Shown piece after piece: positions 1 through 15,039 of a stretch of DNA of 64,000 nt (positions within the stretch are counted from its first letter, which is position 1; each line of letters starts with the position of its first letter). This stretch comes from Escherichia coli. GTDB lineage: Bacteria > Pseudomonadota > Gammaproteobacteria > Enterobacterales > Enterobacteriaceae. The DNA is taken from the NCBI RefSeq assembly GCF_030013595.1, contig NZ_CP122768.1; one strand, given 5' to 3'. The position numbers and the translations under genes are program-made. The notes beneath the pieces were generated by a model that did not search any database, was not told the origin of the DNA, and worked only from the letters and a program-made list of their open reading frames with translations.

Positions 1-1
1 A

Positions 2-1045
2 ATTACCGATAAAGCCGGCCAGCGGGAAATTTTCGGTTTTGCCCGCGTGAAAGAGAATGCGGGTTATGTCATTTATGAATGTTATCAACCTGATGATGGC
101 GATAAGTTAATCCGTGAGCTGCCGTTCAGTTCATTAATTTTTGCCCGCCAGTGGTTTGTGGTGGGGGAACTCCTGCAGCATTTGCCGCCAGAAGATCGTA
201 TTACCCCCATTGTCGGCATGTTACAGGGTGTAGTAGAGAAGGGCGGTGAACTGCGTGTTGAAGTTGCCGATACCAACGAAAGCAAAGAGTTGCTGAAATT
301 CTGCCGTAAATTCACCGTGCCGCTACGCGCTGCCTTGCGCGATGCTGGGGTGCTGGCGAACTATGAAACGCCGAAGCGTCCGGTTGTGCATGTATTCTTT
401 ATTGCACCAGGCTGCTGCTATACCGGTTACTCATACAGCAACAATAATTCGCCGTTCTATATGGGCATTCCGCGCCTGAAATTTCCGGCAGATGCGCCGA
501 GTCGTTCCACGCTCAAACTGGAAGAGGCATTTCATGTGTTTATTCCTGCGGATGAGTGGGATGAACGCCTGGCGAACGGGATGTGGGCGGTGGATTTAGG
601 CGCTTGCCCAGGCGGCTGGACCTACCAACTGGTGAAGCGCAACATGTGGGTTTATTCCGTCGACAACGGCCCGATGGCGCAAAGTCTGATGGATACCGGA
701 CAGGTGACGTGGCTGAGGGAAGACGGTTTCAAATTCCGTCCGACACGCAGCAATATCTCCTGGATGGTATGCGATATGGTTGAAAAACCGGCGAAAGTTG
801 CGGCATTGATGGCGCAGTGGCTGGTTAATGGCTGGTGCCGTGAAACCATTTTCAACCTCAAACTGCCGATGAAAAAACGCTACGAAGAAGTGTCACACAA
901 TCTGGCGTATATTCAGGCACAGCTTGATGAACATGGCATAAATGCTCAGATCCAGGCGCGGCAGTTATATCACGATCGCGAAGAAGTGACGGTGCACGTC
1001 CGCCGTATCTGGGCTGCGGTTGGTGGTCGTCGCGACGAGCGATAA
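2..1045 (+). CDS. rlmM: 23S rRNA 2'-O-ribose C2498 methyltransferase RlmM, 3' portion (N-terminus lies upstream of window)
   Basis: In-frame ORF open to the window edge; C-terminal sequence recognised as RlmM/YgdE; convergent with fucR as in E. coli. Confidence 0.8.
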
Positions 1046-1088
1046 CAGGCAAGGCCGGGGCGTCGTCTCCGGCCTGCTACCCTTTCCG

Positions 1089-1820
1089 TCAGGCTGTTAC
1101 CAAAGAAGCCGCAACCTGGCGCTCATCAGAAATAATGTGCGTGACCTCATCCAGATGCCCGATGCGGGCTTCCCCTGAACGATTAAATTTACTTTTATCA
1201 ATCAATAACAACGATTGCGCGGCACGTTTTAATAGCATTGATTTGTAATCAGCGTTGATGGCATTGGAGTCCCACAGTGCACCGCTGCTATCGATCCCTT
1301 CACAAGAAAAAATAAACAGATCGATTTCCAGCGATTTAAGTTGGGAAATCAGCGAGGGATTGACGTAACAGCCATATTTGCGCTCAAGTGTGCCGCCGGA
1401 ACTGATCAGTTGAATGCGTTCACGTTTACCGAGTTCATGGCAAATCGGATGGCTATTGGTGAAGACCTGGATGTTGATGTCAGGCAACTGGCGTGCCAGA
1501 TACCAGCAGGTTGAACTGGCGTCTAAGGCTATCACCATCCCTTCTTCAATCCACGCGAGCGCCTCGCGCGCGATATCTGCTTTATGCGCATAATGGCTTT
1601 TCAGCCGGATGTGAAAGGGATCGCCACTGTCTTGATTTTGACGGTGGATATATTTAGCGCGCCCATGATTGCGCAGAATTTTACCCTGCGTCTGTAATTC
1701 ATTGAGATCGCGACGAATGGTTTCTTTACTGACCTTTAGCTGTTCAGAGAGAGCTTCCGTGGTCAGGCTGGTATGGTTCAGCAGCAGGTCGACTATCGCT
1801 TGCTGGCGTGCCGCTTTCAT
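1089..1820 (-). CDS. fucR: L-fucose operon activator, DeoR family
   Basis: ORF 1089..1829; N-terminus MKAARQQAIVDLLL matches FucR from the second Met; last gene of the fucPIKUR operon. Confidence 0.9.
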   Translation of the reverse strand: MKAARQQAIVDLLLNHTSLTTEALSEQLKVSKETIRRDLNELQTQGKILRNHGRAKYIHRQNQDSGDPFHIRLKSHYAHKADIAREALAWIEEGMVIALDASSTCWYLARQLPDINIQVFTNSHPICHELGKRERIQLISSGGTLERKYGCYVNPSLISQLKSLEIDLFIFSCEGIDSSGALWDSNAINADYKSMLLKRAAQSLLLIDKSKFNRSGEARIGHLDEVTHIISDERQVAASLVTA

Positions 1821-1877
1821 ATTTTTCACCCCATCATTCGATAACCGCCCGCGTCATGCGGGCGTACCGGTATGAGA

Positions 1878-2300
1878 TTACGGTGTTACCCCTTTTTTTA
1901 AAAGAATATTCCCGTACTTCGCTCGTTCGCCTGTGATAACGATCGCAAAGGCTTTTTGCGCCCGTTCATAAAACGCAAAACGATTGATGCGGATGATGTC
2001 AGGACACGGGGCTTGTAGTGAAAGCGCATTACGGTAACGTCGTTCTACTTCAGGATCGAGAGTGTCACCTTCTACCGCCGCCATCATCACCAGCGGCGGT
2101 GCATAACTGTCCAGTTCAAATAACGGGATTATCGCCTGGAGCAAGTCGCTCACCAACAGGCCATCAGCGCGGATCACCTGCGGTCCCATCGAATGGGCGG
2201 GAAAGTGAGCATCGGAAAAAATAATTTCATCTCCATGTCCCATCTCTGCCAGCACTTTCAATAGTTCGGGAGAAATTAACGGCGAAATTGTTTTCAGCAT
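1878..2300 (-). CDS. fucU: L-fucose mutarotase
   Basis: 140-aa ORF, RbsD/FucU family, positioned between fucK and fucR. Confidence 0.9.
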
Positions 2301-2301
2301 T

Positions 2302-3720
2302 TCACACTTCCTCTATAAATTCAGGTTCAGTTTGCGGGTAGAAATAACGGTACTGATAATGAATCTGCGCGCGGGCTTCTTCCGGGCTGTTAAATTCCCC
2401 TACGCCATACCAACCGAACAGCGCAGCTCCTGCGACGGTCGTTTCTGCGTCGTCGAGAACTTTTACCGGAATATCAAGCATATTGGCTTTAATCTGATTC
2501 CACAATGTGTTGCGACTTCCTCCACCGACTAACAATAATTCAGAGGCTTTAAAGTGCCCGATTTTTTCCAGCATCTGTAGATTGTGCTGTAATTGCGCAG
2601 TTAACCCTTCCAGCGCCGCGCGATAGAAATGCCCCCGCGTGGTATTAAGCGTCACTCCTTGCCAGCCAGCGTTCTGACACGACAATAAATCACACTGCAT
2701 TTTCACGCCATCCGCGCCAGGCGCGATCAGACGAGCCTCTTCAATCAACATTTGCCAGGGAGTTTCAGCCGTCCAGAACAGTTTTCTCACCCATTCCAGC
2801 ACGCCGGATGCCAGCCATTGCATACCTGGGTTATACAACCCTGCCTGACTATCCAGTTCGCAGGTCGAACCGGCGTACTGACTTAACAGCGAAGTATCAA
2901 CCTGGGTGCTACGGACCATTAAAATTTCCCATGTACCGGAAGAGAGCACGGGTTCATTTTGGTCGGCACCAGCGCCAAAAAGGGCGAACTGGGTATCGTG
3001 ACCTGCGGAAATCACCGGTATGCCAACGGGTAAGCCGAGCATTCCTGCGGCGCTGTTCTGTAGCGTACCAATCTGTTCACCCGCTTCCACCAGACGAGGG
3101 AAGAGTCGGCGTGGAATACCGGTGGCTTGTAAAATTTGCGGACTGAAATCGCGTTGCTGGATATCCAGCATCTGGCTGGTTCCGGCCATCGTGATATCAG
3201 TAGTGAATTCGCCGGTTAAACGGTGGTTAATCAGCGACGAAATAAAGAGCCAGGCGTGCGCGCGTTCCAGCAGTTGTGGATGATTTTCTTTCAACCACAC
3301 CAACTTATATAACGTATTGAAACTAAAGGCTCCGACGCCAGAAATAGCCTGCAACTGCTGTGCGGAGATCAACCGTTCAATATTGTCCATTACCGCTGCT
3401 GTTCGCGGACATTTCCAGCTAATGATCGGATAGAGCAGATTGCCTTGCTTATCTACCAGAGCGCCATCCACACCAAAGGTGGTGACGGCGATACCGCGGA
3501 TGTGGCATTCAGTCAGTTCACTATTGATTTGCCGACAGCAATCAGCAAAGCGTTGCAAAATGGCGTCTAAAGACCACTGGTGCCAGGTGGTGTTTTCCAT
3601 CGCGATATCGCTGGCATTAGGCGTTGAGGCGCGGGCAACAATTTTTCCCTGCCGATTAACCGCGATGGCCCTGACATTGGTCGCGCCACAGTCGAGTACC
3701 AGGATAACTTCTTGTTTCAT
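2302..3720 (-). CDS. fucK: L-fuculokinase (FGGY family)
   Basis: ORF 2302..3750; likely true start at [15 protein letters not shown] giving 472 aa. Confidence 0.9.
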
Positions 3721-3828
3721 AATCGCTCCTGCAATATAGCCGGATAACATTGTTTATCCGGCTAACCACTCTTGCTTGTTCAGGCCCGGTAGCCGGAGCG
3801 ACCGGGCATCACATCAGGGAGTAATGTA

Positions 3829-5604
3829 TTAACGCTTGTACAACGGGCCGTAGTTCTGGCAAGCGCGATAATCCTGGCCTTCAATATCCATGCCGTGCGC
3901 GGCCCAGGCAGAAGGACGATACACTTTGGTCTCTTCAACGTTGTGCATACATACCGGGATACGCAGCATGGAGGCAAGAGTGATAAAGTCTGCGCCAACG
4001 TGGCCGATGGTTAGAACCCCGTGGTTAGCGCCCCAGTTCGCCATTACCGAGTACACATCCGTAAACGGCCCTTTACCGGTGAGGCGCGGTGCAAACCAGG
4101 TGGTTGGCCAGGTTGAGTTGGTGCGTTTGTTGAGGATGTCATGCACATCCTTCGGCAATTCCACGCTCCAGCCTTCCGCGATTTGCAGTACCGGTCCCAG
4201 GCCTTTGATGATGTTGACACGAGTCATGGTGAACGGGACGCCGCCTTCGGTAAGGAAGCGGGAAGAGTAACCGCCGCCACGGAAGTATTCGTGGATCGCC
4301 GGGCACCATTCGGTAGCGGCGAGGCAAGCGTCAGCCTCCTGCTGAGAGATTTCCCAGTGTGGCTTCATCGTCGGGTTACCTTCGCTGTCGCGTTGTTTAC
4401 AGGAACCGTCCAGCGCAGCAGAACCGGAGTTGATCAAATGGATGATGCCGTGTTCTGCCAGTCCATCGAGTTTATGCCCCGTTACACGTTCAATTGCTTC
4501 TGGTGACCAGTAGGTACGCACATCGGCAAATACCTGAGCGGTGCCGGTGAGCTGGTGACCCATTAGCATTGCCACGCCGTTAAGACTGTCGTTTTCGGTC
4601 GCCACGACAAAGGGTTCGCGCACGCCATTCCAGTCAAATGAACTGTTGAGGATCGCTTCGGCGGTGTCGCCATTGGGATATTGATCGGTCCAGTGACGTT
4701 GTCCCTGGAAGCCCGCAGCGATGGCGTTGTAGCCAAGTGATTCTTCCACGCGACCAATATCGGCCAGTTTGCTGTTGCCTTGCATCATGTCGCGGATACA
4801 CATCGCCATCAGTAAACTTTCGCGCAGAACTGCGCGGCTTTGCTCGGCATTGCGTTGATACTGTTTGTTATTTTCATCTTCGCCATAGCGGAAGTTTTTA
4901 TCAGCCCAGGCCAGCGCCATTTCCAGTTCGGCTTCGTCGTAAATCTTCTGATCGATACGGCGACGCAGTTCGGTCATATCCACCGCCTGGACTTTCATTC
5001 CCAGCCAGGATTCAAAGAAGTTGTGATCAACAATGGAACCGGCGATACCCATCGAAACGCCGCCCAGCGATAGATAGCTTTTACCTTTCATGCTGGCGAC
5101 TGCTAAACCGGCGCGGGCAAAGCGCAGCAGTTTTTCTTCAACATCGGCAGGAATCGATGTGTCATCGGCATCCTGAACATCATGACCGTAAATGGAGAAT
5201 GCCGGGATGCCTTTCTGGCTGTGAGCTGCCAGAGCCGCTGCCAGGTAAACAGCGCCGGGACGTTCAGTGCCGTTAAAGCCCCAAATGGCTTTCGGGCGGG
5301 TTGGATCCATGTCGATGGTTTCACTGCCATAGCACCAGCAAGGCGTTACCGTAATGGTGAGGCCTACATTCTGACTGCTGAATTTTTCTTCGCAAGCAGC
5401 GGCTTCAGCCATACCCGCGATACAGGTATCGGAAATGACACACTCGACGGCAGCTCCGCAGGCATGGCGCAGTTTCTCGGTCAGCAGTGCAGCCGTGGCT
5501 TTCGCCATATTCATTGTTTGTTCTTCAAGCGACTCACGAACACCCATGCGACGACCGTCAATAACCGGGCGGATACCAATTTTCGGTAAGCTGATTTTTT
5601 TCAT
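3829..5604 (-). CDS. fucI: L-fucose isomerase
   Basis: 591-aa ORF recognised as FucI. Confidence 0.95.
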   Translation of the reverse strand: MKKISLPKIGIRPVIDGRRMGVRESLEEQTMNMAKATAALLTEKLRHACGAAVECVISDTCIAGMAEAAACEEKFSSQNVGLTITVTPCWCYGSETIDMDPTRPKAIWGFNGTERPGAVYLAAALAAHSQKGIPAFSIYGHDVQDADDTSIPADVEEKLLRFARAGLAVASMKGKSYLSLGGVSMGIAGSIVDHNFFESWLGMKVQAVDMTELRRRIDQKIYDEAELEMALAWADKNFRYGEDENNKQYQRNAEQSRAVLRESLLMAMCIRDMMQGNSKLADIGRVEESLGYNAIAAGFQGQRHWTDQYPNGDTAEAILNSSFDWNGVREPFVVATENDSLNGVAMLMGHQLTGTAQVFADVRTYWSPEAIERVTGHKLDGLAEHGIIHLINSGSAALDGSCKQRDSEGNPTMKPHWEISQQEADACLAATEWCPAIHEYFRGGGYSSRFLTEGGVPFTMTRVNIIKGLGPVLQIAEGWSVELPKDVHDILNKRTNSTWPTTWFAPRLTGKGPFTDVYSVMANWGANHGVLTIGHVGADFITLASMLRIPVCMHNVEETKVYRPSAWAAHGMDIEGQDYRACQNYGPLYKR

Positions 5605-5636
5605 TACTGATTCCTCACTTTATTCGGAAAATATGT

Positions 5637-6953
5637 TCAGTTAGTTGCCGTTTGAGAACGGAAACGGGCAAAGATAAAGATGACTGCGAAGCAGAGTGCC
5701 GGGATCAGTTCGGCAGTGGGGATGTTGCCCGCTGCGTCACTGACAAACCCCATGACCGGAGTGACAATACCGCCGCCAATAATGGTCATAACGATGAAGG
5801 ACGAACCGTATTTGGTGTCCTGGCCGAGATTTTTAATGCCCAGCGAGAAGATTGTTGGGTACTGAATCGACATAAAGGCACTGCATAAAGTCAGGGCTAT
5901 TAAGCCCACATGACCGCCAGCGAAGGCTGAGATCAGGCACAGTGCCATAGCGATTAATGCGTAGGCGGCCAGGACTTTGTGTGGTGCGAAGCGACTGATG
6001 AGCCAGGTACCGGTGAAACGACCAATAAAGAAGCACACCATGGTTCCGGTTAAATAGTTAGCGGCAAAGCCTGCAGTCATACCTGGAATTTCTTCTACAG
6101 CGTAGCGAATCAAATAGCTCCAGCAGGCCGTTTGTGCGCCGACATAGCAGAATTGCGCTAATACCGCCCAGCGCCAGTGACGAATACGCGCCAGACGAGA
6201 AAGCGATGCGGAGAACGATCCTTGTTTGGCGTCACTGTGATTATCACTCTGCAATGCCGGGAATTTCGTCAGCATGATCAGCAGGGCGACCAGTAACACG
6301 ATAGCCACGATGATCATATAAGGTGTCTGTACCGATAATACCAGGCTGTGTTTATACGCACTCAATTGCTCTGGAGACATTTTATCGAGAACGTCTTGCG
6401 ATTGATGTGGCACGTTAGACAAAATAAGACTTTGTCCAAAGACAACCGCGATAATTGCACCAAACGAGTTAAATGTTTGCGCAAGATTTAAGCGGAAGTG
6501 ACCACTGCTTTCCGGCCCTAATACCGTAACAAAAGGGTTTGCGGCAGTTTCCAGACAACCTAATCCGGCTGCAATAATAAATAGGCCAACTAAAAATAAG
6601 GTGTAGTTCATTATTTCTGCAGCGGGCCAGAATAATGCAGCGCCCAAGGCATATAAAAATAATCCGGTAATAATCCCTGCTTTATAACTGAGTTTTTTCA
6701 TCAATATCCCAGCAGGGATTGGGATAATGAAATAACCAAAGTAAAAGGCCGATTGGATCAGGCCAGCCTGGAAATTTGTCAGCGTAAAAGCCTGCTGGAA
6801 TTGAGGTAATAAAATGTCGTTAAGGTTATTGGCTACCGCCCAAAGAAAAAACAGTGAGCACAGCAGCGCGAATGGAATAATGTAACTTCTGCTTTGCCCT
6901 GCATCTTTATCTACCGCACGGTAACTCTGCGTTTGTATTGATGTATTTCCCAT
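5637..6953 (-). CDS. fucP: L-fucose:H+ symporter (MFS)
   Basis: 438-aa polytopic membrane ORF, first gene of fucPIKUR. Confidence 0.95.
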   Translation of the reverse strand: MGNTSIQTQSYRAVDKDAGQSRSYIIPFALLCSLFFLWAVANNLNDILLPQFQQAFTLTNFQAGLIQSAFYFGYFIIPIPAGILMKKLSYKAGIITGLFLYALGAALFWPAAEIMNYTLFLVGLFIIAAGLGCLETAANPFVTVLGPESSGHFRLNLAQTFNSFGAIIAVVFGQSLILSNVPHQSQDVLDKMSPEQLSAYKHSLVLSVQTPYMIIVAIVLLVALLIMLTKFPALQSDNHSDAKQGSFSASLSRLARIRHWRWAVLAQFCYVGAQTACWSYLIRYAVEEIPGMTAGFAANYLTGTMVCFFIGRFTGTWLISRFAPHKVLAAYALIAMALCLISAFAGGHVGLIALTLCSAFMSIQYPTIFSLGIKNLGQDTKYGSSFIVMTIIGGGIVTPVMGFVSDAAGNIPTAELIPALCFAVIFIFARFRSQTATN

Positions 6954-7499
6954 AGCATCCTCTTAGGTTCAGAAGCTTAAGCACGTAATCGGTTATGTTT
7001 TCAAAAGTGCAAAACCAGCGAGTTCGGGCTTCATATCAGTGAATATTTGCCTGTCAGAAATGAACTCATGGATTCATTTTCAAATAAAAAACGCTCTGTA
7101 ATATGACGGCGGTCACACTTATTAGCTGGGAGGTAACTTTATGTGACTAGCATCACTTTAATAATCGAAATTTCATGCCCGTTTCAGAAAATAAATCATA
7201 AAAAACACAAACCCGATGACCGTATTAATTGTTTGTGCCGAAAACGGGCATTTCTGGCGAAGGGGAATGGAAAAATGACCGTTTTGATAAATATTTTTAA
7301 GAGCGGTCATTTTTAATAGGGTTATAAAAAGAGAACTTGCAGTTATTTACTGTGATTAGTTGAACCAGGTCACAAAATATAAGCTTGTGAATTTCTTTCT
7401 GGTTAATCAGGAAGAAGATGGTGGGTAATTAAACGGCTAATTCAATAGTGTGAAAGGAACAACATTATTGCCCTGTTTTGAATCAGAGAGAGGTAGCTA
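6954..7499. promoter_or_regulatory. Divergent fucPIKUR / fucAO control region; CRP-like site TGTGA-N6-TCACT at 7142-7157
   Basis: 546-bp AT-rich intergenic region between divergently oriented operons; CRP half-site motif read directly; exact promoters not mapped. Confidence 0.5.
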
Positions 7500-8147
7500 A
7501 TGGAACGAAATAAACTTGCTCGTCAGATTATTGACACTTGCCTGGAAATGACCCGCCTGGGACTGAACCAGGGGACAGCGGGTAACGTCAGTGTACGTTA
7601 TCAGGATGGGATGCTGATTACGCCTACAGGTATTCCATATGAAAAACTGACGGAGTCGCATATTGTCTTTATTGATGGCAACGGTAAACATGAGGAAGGA
7701 AAGCTCCCCTCAAGCGAATGGCGTTTCCATATGGCGGCCTATCAAAGCAGACCGGATGCCAACGCGGTTGTTCACAATCATGCCGTTCATTGCACAGCAG
7801 TTTCCATTCTTAACCGACCGATCCCCGCTATTCACTACATGATTGCGGCGGCTGGCGGTAATTCTATTCCTTGCGCGCCTTATGCGACCTTTGGAACACG
7901 TGAACTTTCTGAACATGTTGCGCTGGCTCTCAAAAATCGTAAGGCAACTTTGTTACAACATCATGGGCTTATCGCTTGTGAGGTGAATCTGGAAAAAGCG
8001 TTATGGCTGGCGCATGAAGTTGAAGTGCTGGCGCAACTTTACCTGACGACCCTGGCGATTACGGACCCGGTGCCAGTGCTGAGCGATGAAGAGATTGCCG
8101 TAGTGCTGGAGAAATTCAAAACCTATGGGTTACGGATTGAAGAGTAA
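7500..8147 (+). CDS. fucA: L-fuculose-1-phosphate aldolase
   Basis: 215-aa ORF recognised as FucA (class II aldolase). Confidence 0.95.
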   Translation: MERNKLARQIIDTCLEMTRLGLNQGTAGNVSVRYQDGMLITPTGIPYEKLTESHIVFIDGNGKHEEGKLPSSEWRFHMAAYQSRPDANAVVHNHAVHCTAVSILNRPIPAIHYMIAAAGGNSIPCAPYATFGTRELSEHVALALKNRKATLLQHHGLIACEVNLEKALWLAHEVEVLAQLYLTTLAITDPVPVLSDEEIAVVLEKFKTYGLRIEE

Positions 8148-8171
8148 TTTCGTAAAGCAACAAGGAGAAGG

Positions 8172-9323
8172 ATGATGGCTAACAGAATGATTCTGAACGA
8201 AACGGCATGGTTTGGTCGGGGTGCTGTTGGGGCTTTAACCGATGAGGTGAAACGCCGTGGTTATCAGAAGGCGCTGATCGTCACCGATAAAACGCTGGTG
8301 CAATGCGGCGTGGTGGCAAAAGTGACCGATAAGATGGATGCTGCAGGGCTGGCATGGGCGATTTACGACGGCGTAGTGCCCAACCCAACAATTACTGTCG
8401 TCAAAGAAGGGCTCGGTGTATTCCAGAATAGCGGCGCGGATTACCTGATCGCTATTGGTGGTGGTTCTCCACAGGATACTTGTAAAGCGATTGGCATTAT
8501 CAGCAACAACCCGGAGTTTGCCGATGTGCGTAGCCTGGAAGGACTTTCCCCGACCAATAAACCCAGTGTACCGATTCTGGCAATCCCCACCACAGCAGGC
8601 ACTGCGGCAGAAGTGACCATTAACTACGTGATCACTGACGAAGAAAAACGGCGCAAGTTTGTTTGCGTTGATCCGCATGATATCCCGCAGGTGGCGTTTA
8701 TTGACGCTGACATGATGGATGGTATGCCTCCAGCGCTGAAAGCTGCGACGGGTGTCGATGCGCTCACTCATGCTATTGAGGGGTATATTACCCGTGGCGC
8801 GTGGGCGCTAACCGATGCACTGCACATTAAAGCGATTGAAATCATTGCTGGGGCGCTGCGAGGATCGGTTGCTGGTGATAAGGATGCCGGAGAAGAAATG
8901 GCGCTCGGGCAGTATGTTGCGGGTATGGGCTTCTCGAATGTTGGGTTAGGGTTGGTGCATGGTATGGCGCATCCACTGGGCGCGTTTTATAACACTCCAC
9001 ACGGTGTCGCGAACGCCATCCTGTTACCGCATGTCATGCGCTATAACGCTGACTTTACCGGTGAGAAGTACCGCGATATCGCGCGCGTTATGGGCGTGAA
9101 AGTGGAAGGTATGAGCCTGGAAGAGGCGCGTAATGCCGCTGTTGAAGCGGTGTTTGCTCTCAACCGTGATGTCGGTATTCCGCCACATTTGCGTGATGTT
9201 GGGGTACGCAAGGAAGACATTCCGGCACTGGCGCAGGCGGCACTGGATGATGTTTGTACCGGTGGCAACCCGCGCGAAGCAACGCTTGAGGATATTGTAG
9301 AGCTTTACCATACCGCCTGGTAA
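8172..9323 (+). CDS. fucO: L-1,2-propanediol oxidoreductase (lactaldehyde reductase), iron-containing ADH
   Basis: 383-aa ORF recognised as FucO; GGGSP iron-ADH motif present. Confidence 0.9.
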   Translation: MMANRMILNETAWFGRGAVGALTDEVKRRGYQKALIVTDKTLVQCGVVAKVTDKMDAAGLAWAIYDGVVPNPTITVVKEGLGVFQNSGADYLIAIGGGSPQDTCKAIGIISNNPEFADVRSLEGLSPTNKPSVPILAIPTTAGTAAEVTINYVITDEEKRRKFVCVDPHDIPQVAFIDADMMDGMPPALKAATGVDALTHAIEGYITRGAWALTDALHIKAIEIIAGALRGSVAGDKDAGEEMALGQYVAGMGFSNVGLGLVHGMAHPLGAFYNTPHGVANAILLPHVMRYNADFTGEKYRDIARVMGVKVEGMSLEEARNAAVEAVFALNRDVGIPPHLRDVGVRKEDIPALAQAALDDVCTGGNPREATLEDIVELYHTAW

Positions 9324-9341
9324 ATGCGCTGATGTGATAAT

Positions 9342-9374
9342 GCCGGATGCGACGCTAGCTGCGTCTTATCCGGC
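9342..9374. repeat. REP (repetitive extragenic palindrome) element
   Basis: gccggatgcgacgct...gcgtcttatccggc palindrome downstream of fucO. Confidence 0.6.
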
Positions 9375-9427
9375 GTATAAGTTCATTAAATTCAATGTGT
9401 TGATAATCGTTTGCATCCGGCACGCCG

Positions 9428-11661
<2,234 letters not shown>

Positions 11662-11718
11662 AGGAAATACATCGCGTTAAAACGGAGGAAGCGCCGCCCG
11701 AAAGCGGCGCGAAAGGAC

Positions 11719-13008
11719 TTAGCTGAACAGAGAGTAGAAGATTGCGGAGATTGCAATCAGACCCATCACGACAACGAATACGTTGCTGATGTGACCGCTG
11801 TACTTACGCATTGCCGGTACTTTCTGAATTGCGTACATCGGCATCAGGAACAGGATCATCGCGATGATTGGGCCGCCCAGGGTTTCAATCATACCCAGGA
11901 TGCTCGGGTTCAGGGTGGCAACAATCCAGGTCGTTACCAGCATGAACAGCGCAGTGATACGGTTCAGCTTGTTGATTTCGATAGACTTACCTTTACCACG
12001 CAGAGATTTAATCACCATACCGTTGAAGCCTTCACGTGCGCCCAGGTAGTGGCCGAGGAAGGATTTGGTGATAGCGATAATCGCGATAATCGGAGCCATC
12101 CACGCGATAACCGGTGCGTTAAAGTGGTTAGCCAGGTAAGACAGAATCGAGATGTTCTGCTCTTTAGCCGCAGCCAGGTCTGCCGGAGTCAGGCTCAGTA
12201 CGCAGCTGAATACGAAGAACATTACGGTCAGCACCATCATGATGTGTGCGAATGCCAGGATCTTCGAGCATTTCTGTTCTGCCATATCGCCGTACTCTTC
12301 ACGCTTCGCAACAGCGAAAGAAGAGATGATTGGAGAGTGGTTGAACGAGAACACCATTACCGGAATTGCCAGCCACAGGGTCATCCACAGACCGTTTCCG
12401 GTTGCCGATGCAGTGTCCAGAGACAGCGTTTCCAGTGCTGCGCCGTTCCACTGCGGGATCAGGTACAGAGCCAGCAGCATCAGTACGCCAACAAACGGGA
12501 ATACCAGAATACTCATCGCTTTAACGATCATCTGCTCACCGAAGCGAACGATGGTCATCATACCCACGATCAGGATCAGCGACAGAATCGCACGCGGCGG
12601 TGGTGTCATACCCAGCTGGTGAGACATGAAGCTTTCAACTGTATTGGTGATTGCCACGCTATAAACCAGCAGGATCGGGTAGATAGCGAAGAAGTAGAGC
12701 AGGGTAATCAGTTTACCTGCGCCAATACCAAAGTGTTCTTCTACAACCTCGGTGATGTCTTCGCCCGGGTTTTTACCAGACAGTACGAAGCGAGTCAGAC
12801 CGCGGTGAGCAAAAAATGTCATCGGGAACGCAAGGATAGCCATGATGATCAGCGGGATCATACCGCCAACACCGGCGTTGATTGGCAGGAACAGCACGCC
12901 CGCGCCGATTGCCGTGCCGTAAAGGCCCAGCATCCACATGGTGTCTGTCTTGCGCCAGGCACTACGAGAGTCTTTCGACGCAATCGTGCTGGTTTGAGTC
13001 GTTTCCAT
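11719..13008 (-). CDS. sdaC: Serine:H+ symporter
   Basis: 429-aa membrane ORF recognised as SdaC; long AT-rich upstream region 13009-13563. Confidence 0.95.
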   Translation of the reverse strand: METTQTSTIASKDSRSAWRKTDTMWMLGLYGTAIGAGVLFLPINAGVGGMIPLIIMAILAFPMTFFAHRGLTRFVLSGKNPGEDITEVVEEHFGIGAGKLITLLYFFAIYPILLVYSVAITNTVESFMSHQLGMTPPPRAILSLILIVGMMTIVRFGEQMIVKAMSILVFPFVGVLMLLALYLIPQWNGAALETLSLDTASATGNGLWMTLWLAIPVMVFSFNHSPIISSFAVAKREEYGDMAEQKCSKILAFAHIMMVLTVMFFVFSCVLSLTPADLAAAKEQNISILSYLANHFNAPVIAWMAPIIAIIAITKSFLGHYLGAREGFNGMVIKSLRGKGKSIEINKLNRITALFMLVTTWIVATLNPSILGMIETLGGPIIAMILFLMPMYAIQKVPAMRKYSGHISNVFVVVMGLIAISAIFYSLFS

Positions 13009-13563
13009 CTATTTCTCCTGGAGGAATGCAAATAATTCAGCTTTTAGCCAGTTCAGCCCGGGAAGGTGCCTGACCGTAAAAATGAAATCTGTCTATCGGC
13101 GATGGCTTAATCATTTACCGCCGTAATAATTTGAGGGCGGAAAGATACACACAAGTTATGTATCTATCAGTGATCTTGATCCCAAATACAATAATCTACT
13201 TGGAAGATAGATTATCCCAACGCTTTACTCTGTAAATCAAAAGTAAAAGAGAATTTAAGGGCAATATTTGCCCATTAAACGACATCTGACTTCTTCCGGG
13301 GCGCGCAATATATGTAGGTTGAACTGAAAAAATCAATACTTTTAGTTAATCATGGCGATAATTTCTTTTTCATAGCGATAAAATGTGGTTTATGAAAATA
13401 GGTAAACGTTTGCGTTACAACATAAATTGTATGACATATTAACTGTAATGATATTTATCACGTGAGGGTGGTAAGAAACATTCATATAACAAATGAAATA
13501 AATTGATGGGTATGTGACCAAAAACGAGAAAACCCGGCAACAAACGTCACCGGGGGAGGGAGA

Positions 13564-14928
13564 TTACGTGCAGATTTCGTAGCAAGGGATGTAGGCTGAG
13601 CCTGGCAACTTCATACGATGCTGGGCAACAAAACCCTGTAGCAGGTCATCCATACGACGCATAATCTCTTTATCGCCGTTGATTTTATAAGGACCAAACT
13701 CTTCAATGGCGCGAATACCGACTTCTTTTACGTTACCCGCCACAATACCGGAGAACGCACGGCGCAGGTCGGCAGCCAGCACTTCAACGGGTTGATCCGG
13801 GTAAAGCTTCAGATTAGCCATATTCTCGTGAGACGGCTCAAACGGCATTTGCAAATCTGGCGCAATGCGCATTGACCAGTTAAAGCTGTAGGCATCGCCT
13901 GTGTCGCGGCGATTTTCTTTCACCAGCGGCATCGATTTTTTCATCTGACGAGCGACTTCAGCGGCGTCATCAATGATGATGCGGTAATGGCGGCGCGCGT
14001 TTTCACCCAACGTATGCACGACAAACTCGTCCAGTACGCGGAAGTAGTCGGCGCTCTCTTTCGGGCCGGTGAGGATCAATGGTAAAACCTGATCTTTGTT
14101 GGCCGGGTTCATTAAAATTCCCAGCAAATACAGCAACTCTTCTGCCGTACCCACACCGCCAGGGAAGATAATGATACCGTGAGCGATACGGACAAACGCT
14201 TCCAGACGTTTTTCGATATCTGGCATGATGATCAATTCGTTGACCAGCGGGTTAGGCGGTTCAGCGGCGATAATCGACGGCTCTGTCATACCAATAAAAC
14301 GACTGTCTTTGTAACGCTGCTGTGCGTGTCCGACCGCAGCGCCTTTCATCGGCGCTTCCATCGCTCCCGGACCACAGCCGGTGCAGATATTCAGCTCACG
14401 CAGGCCCAGCTGATTCCCGACGCGACGGGCATACAAATACTCGTTTTCGTTAATTGAGTGCCCGCCCCAGCAGACCACCATATTTGGCGCTTCACCAACA
14501 TGCAGCGCGCGAGCGTTACGCAAGATGGAAAAGACCAGGTTAGTGATGTGGACGGAGTTGTCGAGATTCAGGTTGGGAAAACGAACGGTGTTATGGATTT
14601 GCCCGTAAACGAAGAGAATGTCACGCAGAACCGCGAACAAGTTGGCCTGCAAAGCGCGAATAATTCGCCCATCGACAAAAGCCTCTTCCGGGGGATTAAT
14701 CAGTTCCAGCTTTACGCCGCGTTCACGGCGCAGGACGTTAATATCGAAATTTTCAAAACGAGACAGCAATTCTTTGCTGTTATCGGTCAAACTACCGGAG
14801 TTCAGTACGGCAAGTGAACAGTTGCGAAACAGTTGATAGAGGTCGCTGCTGGCGGTGCGTTTAAGCATATCCACTTCCAGCTGCGACAACATATCCATGG
14901 AGCCAAGCGGGCTAATATGTGTAATCAA
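13564..14928 (-). CDS. ppnN: Nucleotide 5'-monophosphate nucleosidase PpnN (YgdH, LOG family)
   Basis: 454-aa ORF recognised as YgdH/PpnN. Confidence 0.9.
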
Positions 14929-15039
14929 GAAAAACTCCTTATGGGACGAATATCGTCATTCCCTTTGATTACAATAGCCCTGCCTGATGACCTTTCACAA
15001 CCTTCTGCGTGAATCCAGCACGCAAAATTGAGAAAAAAT

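Noticed and set aside
8235-8771. 178-aa minus-strand ORF
   Set aside because: Antisense to fucO
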